This document shows, piece by piece, positions 60,108 through 64,000 of a stretch of 64,000 bases of DNA. Below the pieces are notes generated by a model, which had not been told where the DNA came from, did no database searches, and saw nothing but the letters and a program-made list of their open reading frames with translations. A program made the position numbers and the translations under genes. The DNA comes from an uncultured Planctomycetota bacterium (GTDB lineage: Bacteria; Planctomycetota; Planctomycetia; Isosphaerales; Isosphaeraceae). Each line of letters starts with the position of its first letter. The stretch's first letter is position 1. The stretch spans positions 96,001-160,000 of the forward strand of contig CAWJTV010000026.1 of NCBI GenBank assembly GCA_963845755.1, given 5' to 3'.

Positions 60108-61836
60108 TTATACAGTCTGGCTTCCCAGAGGCTCCAGGCTGAACGAAAAACCGTCACCGAGGACGCTGGAATGCAAGGTCAGAGGTGCACGGGCCGCACA
60201 AGTTCGGCCGTCAACATCAAAGGCGCCGGCCGCGCGGCACCAGAGCGCACCGGCCTGGCGATAGAGAACGACCGGCTCCTTGAGGGCCGGGGCCGGGATG
60301 TGCGCCTGGGCCGCCTCACCCACGATGCAGGTCTCGGCCATGAGGAGCACGCCATCGACGGCCAGGGGCAGACGATGCCGGCTGACGATCGCCAGCCGCG
60401 CCGTGGCACTGACCGGGCTGGGCTGGCGGAATTCCAGCTCGACCGTCGAGCCCAGGCGGATGACGTCGCCGTCGCGGAGGACGACCTGGTCGACCACGGG
60501 CTTGCCGTTGACGAACGAGGCCTGATGGGCCTGGAGCAGATAGCTCTCGCCATTGCGGAGGAGCGTGGCGTGGCTGCGCGACAGGTCGCCCATCAAGGGG
60601 ATATCGGCATGGCTGTCGGCGCCGGCCCGGCCGAGGACGATGCGATCGTCCATGCAGACGAGGTAGCCGCCGACGCCGTCGACCCAGAGCAGGAATCGGC
60701 CCTTGGGTCCGGCAGCCTCGACCCGCGCCACGGGCCGAGCGGGGGGGATCGGGACGCGGGGCACGGCGACCGGCCGGACCGGCCGTTCCGGCAAGGGACG
60801 GCGAGCGGCCGCCCGTGCGGGAGGGGGAGCGTCGCTGCCGAGCCAGACGATGCCCTCGGCCTCCCCGACCGCGCCGGCTTGGGCCGCCCGGGGTTCGGAG
60901 CCCGAGTCGGGACCTTGGAGGTCCAGCAAGAAACGCTGGACCCTGCGGATATTCCAGCCGGTCCGTTCGGCGATCTCCGCCGTGGAATACCCCTGTTGGC
61001 GGAGCTGGATGATCGTGCGTTCCGACTCGTCGGCCCGATCCACGATCCCCTCGTTGAGCGGTGCGGCGGCCTGGGCCACACGGGCGCCCGGGCCGGCCAT
61101 TGACCGGCAGCGGCCGGCCCGATCGCGGCGATCTGCTGCCAGGCGCGAGACCGCGCCTGACGGGCCGCCGGATGCTCGGGGACGATCGCCAGTAGCAACT
61201 CAGCCGCCGACAGGATCGCCGGCCACTTCCCGTCCGAGAGCGCGGTGTACAGCGCCTCGACCTTCGGCGCGGCCGACTTCTGGCGGTTTTCCAGCTCCGT
61301 CTTGGCCCCGGCCACCGCCTGCTGGGCACCGACGGCGCCGGCCCCGCTGGCCATCCGCTCCGCCCGGTCGAGCTGTTCCTGCGCCCGCCCGAACTCGCCG
61401 CGACGGCCTTCGGCCAGCGCGTTCTGCCAGGCCTCGGCGATCTCCCGCGCCCGGCGCAAGGCCGGTCCGCTGATCTTGTGCCGCGCCAGGTCCTCGATCC
61501 GCTCCAGCGCCTTGGCCGGCTCGCCGGCATCGAGGTCGGCCCGGACCTCCTCGGCCACGCGGTCGGCCAGGTTCAGCCGCGCCGCGGCCAGGGAATCGGG
61601 GGCTGCCCCCATCCGCTCGGCCAGGTCCAGGTCCTCGACGGCCCCGCCCAGGTCGTCGACCGCGCCGCGGCGGGTAGCCCCGCGATCAAGTCCAGGGCCA
61701 GACGGTTGCGGAACTGAACGGCATGATGATGATCCGCGACGTCGGGACGGCTGGCCAGGGCATACGCCTCCTCGAACCGCCCCACCCGCGCGGCTTCCTC
61801 GGCTTGCCGCAATACGATGCGCCAATGACCCAACAT
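60108..61836 (-). CDS. TPR-like + HTH + FHA-domain protein (frameshifts near 61680 and 61085)
   Basis: Helical N-terminus (LRQAEEAAR.GR.EEA); QLRQQGYSTAEIAERTG HTH; FHA motifs LGR…DLSRSHA…VNG…LRDGDVIRLG. Confidence 0.85.
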
Positions 61837-62107
61837 GGTTGATTCGCCGCCCGGATTGACCATGGGGATTTCAATCTCGATTCAATCGTTCCGATGGTTT
61901 TGAGCTGCTCCCGGCGTGGTGGCCGGGAAAAACCGCCTATCGACATCTCCGGGAAAACCGACGGCTGATTCGATCGCCGTCCCCCCCTCCTCCCCCCTCC
62001 GGTTCGGAGATTTGGGGAGGGTTCGGAGAGGCGGAACGGAGCGATCGAAACGATGGGTGCTCGATGATCGAGCACCCTTGTGCCGAGGGGAACGGGCCCG
62101 GATCCCA

Positions 62108-62919
62108 TCACAGGCTCTTGTCGCCCGCCTTGGGCGCGGAGGACGGGCCGAACGCCTCGTCGATCTCCTTCACCACGTCGCGGGACGGATCCACGAAGGG
62201 GGCGGTCCCGTCCAGGTCGCCGTATCGGGCTTCGATCTCGGCCCGCTTGGTCATGACGTCCAGCCGCTGTTCCAGCTCGGAGACCGTCTGCTTGGCACGG
62301 GACAGGGCGCTGCTGTCGAAGTGGAATTCGTTCTTGGCGTTGGTGGCCTCGATCATCTGGAGCCGGGCCTCGACCTGGGCCAGCCGGGCCAGCAGGAGGG
62401 ACTTCGCTTCCTTGATGCTGTCGAGCTGGTTCCGGGCCGCTTCGATGGTCTTGTGCTTCGCCTTCAGCACTTCCTGCTTCTCCTTGAGGATCCCCGTGCT
62501 GTAATCGTAGTGATCCTTGCGGTTGGCGAGCTGGCAGGTGATCTCGTCCGGCGTGTAGAGGCTGTGTCCGGTCAGCCGCACGTCGCCGCTCTTGACCTTG
62601 TCCCGCAGCGACAGGATCGCAACCTTCTCCTTCTCCAGGTTCGCCGAGAGGACGCCGATCTCCTTCTCCAGGTTCGTGGCCTCGACGATGGCCCGCGCCA
62701 GAGTCTCCTTGTTCTCGTCGAACGCCGGCTGCAAGCTGGCGATCTCGGTCCGCGCCCGCTCGATCTCGAACCGCGGATCGATCGAATCCTTGGCCGTCTG
62801 CCGCACCTTGCAGAAGGCCGTCTTGATGTAACTCGGAGCGGATGTGCCGAACACCAGGAACAACGTCCCCGCGCCGACGCCGCGCCCAGCAACCCCTTCT
62901 TCACCATTGAGCACACCAT
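62108..62919 (-). CDS. PspA/IM30-like coiled-coil protein with hydrophobic N-terminus (frameshift near 62878)
   Basis: AGGAG RBS; MVKKGLLGAA-GAGTLFLVFG; then K..IDP..E…long coiled coil…K.LL.AR…F….L.R….V.ELE. This pattern resembles PspA (recognised by eye). Confidence 0.7.
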
Positions 62920-63453
62920 GCTGAGTTCTCCTGTTTGCCCGGAACCCCTGATCTCTTGCTTTCCAACCGCTCCCAGCGAGCAGGCCGGGAGAATCGTTGT
63001 TTTGGAATCTCGATTCAACCGTGCCACACAGGTTCTTCGGGGGCGTGCGGCCAATATTATCGAGTTTGGTCCGATCCCAAACGGTCAGCATACATCGGCA
63101 CGTGCCGAGCGGAACAGAGGGCATTCCCGAAAGTGCGGAGCGGCCGCCGAGCGTCGTCCGGGCGCGAGCATCCCGTAGGCTTCCAGGATGCCTTTCCAGG
63201 CCGTCTCGGGATGCCTTGTCTCTCCATGCGAGCTTGATCTCGGCCTGGCTGCTTGCCGCCTCTCGATCCAAGCATCTCTCCATCCCATCACGGCTTCTCG
63301 ACGTCATTTTGGCGGCTCGTTCGTGATTCCGAGTGCAGAGCAAAGGGACCTTAGTGATTGTGGGGATTGAGGTTATTCTGTCGATTCTTCTGATCGGTCT
63401 GCCTCTCCTGGTCTTGCATGGCAATCGATACATTTTACCCAAACATCTCATTT

Positions 63454-63572
63454 TTGGCTTCGTTTCGTCGATTTCTCGATGGTCGGATACCGTGGTTGGC
63501 TTCGTTTCGTCGATTTCTCGTCGCCTTTGGCCGCCATCAAGCCCCGGTTGGCTTCGTTTCGTCGGTTTCGCG
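63454..63572. repeat. Three 25-bp direct repeats TTGGCTTCGTTTCGTCG(A/G)TTTC(T/G)CG with 17- and 27-bp spacers
   Basis: Copies at 63454-63478, 63496-63520 and 63548-63572. Confidence 0.8.
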
Positions 63573-64000
63573 TCGGCCGTTTTGAACGCTCCAACTCCTC
63601 CCACCTCAACCTCCTTTTGCATCCAACCATTTATTTTTTCGACTTTTTCGCGCACCCCGAACGCTATTGGGATTTCCCGACATCATTGATTATACACACT
63701 TTTGCGGGCTCGGCACCTGGGTCCCGAGATTTTCCTGAGATGGGCCGAGGTAATTCTGACGACGAGCGGCTCCCAGCGCCGGGAGGCCGTTGGCGGAGCG
63801 CGGACTTCTGTGAAGTGAACATGGGTCTCGTGGGACAGGATTCGGACCAATCGCCACGTCCATCCTCGCGGCCAGCGGTTCGTCGTGGAGTCTGGGATCA
63901 ACGGCGGGCGTGCGCGCATCCCGGCATCGTCCCGGTTTCCCGTCTGGGCACCGATGGCGACGGCCGACCTGTTGACGCCATTTACGGATGATCCGTGGCG

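Noticed and set aside
63454..63572. CRISPR array
   Set aside because: Only three repeats, spacers of 17 and 27 bp are short and unequal, and there are no cas genes in the window.
62920..63655. N-terminal extension of the 515-aa ORF
   Set aside because: It runs through non-coding repeats. The RBS and start at 62919 are connected to the body by a frameshift.

Overview
GC-rich bacterial DNA. The gene repertoire (DUF1559 prepilin-like proteins, DUF1501, LEPR-XLL and PEP-CTERM proteins, CRTAC1/ASPIC-UnbV proteins, ECF sigma-Ser/Thr kinase pairs) points to a planctomycete, probably Isosphaeraceae-like. This is an inference; no database search was possible. About 1-17 kb is an accessory region with IS66, IS3 and IS1634 elements, a triply inactivated PIN toxin, three PEP-CTERM genes and many miniature elements. 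About 17-64 kb is more typical planctomycete content. About 15 otherwise intact genes carry 1-2 nt frameshifts, most likely long-read indel errors. Three candidate systems stand out. (1) A Dlt-like fkbH-ACP-MBOAT-SGNH operon that may put D-glycerate onto a surface glycan; its MBOAT ends in a fused DltX-like tyrosine motif. (2) A seven-gene cluster encoding a PspA/IM30-like protein with a hydrophobic N-terminus, a TPR-HTH-FHA protein, a membrane Ser/Thr kinase, two membrane proteins, an ECF sigma and a soluble zinc anti-sigma. (3) Five unrelated TIR-bounded MITE families (TSDs resolved for four) that enclose REP-like palindromes as cargo, including two copies with the same ends but different cargo. 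A catalytically eroded MurE-like protein and a CTAA-bounded heptamer-hairpin element present twice are also notable. No rRNA, tRNA or CRISPR array was found.
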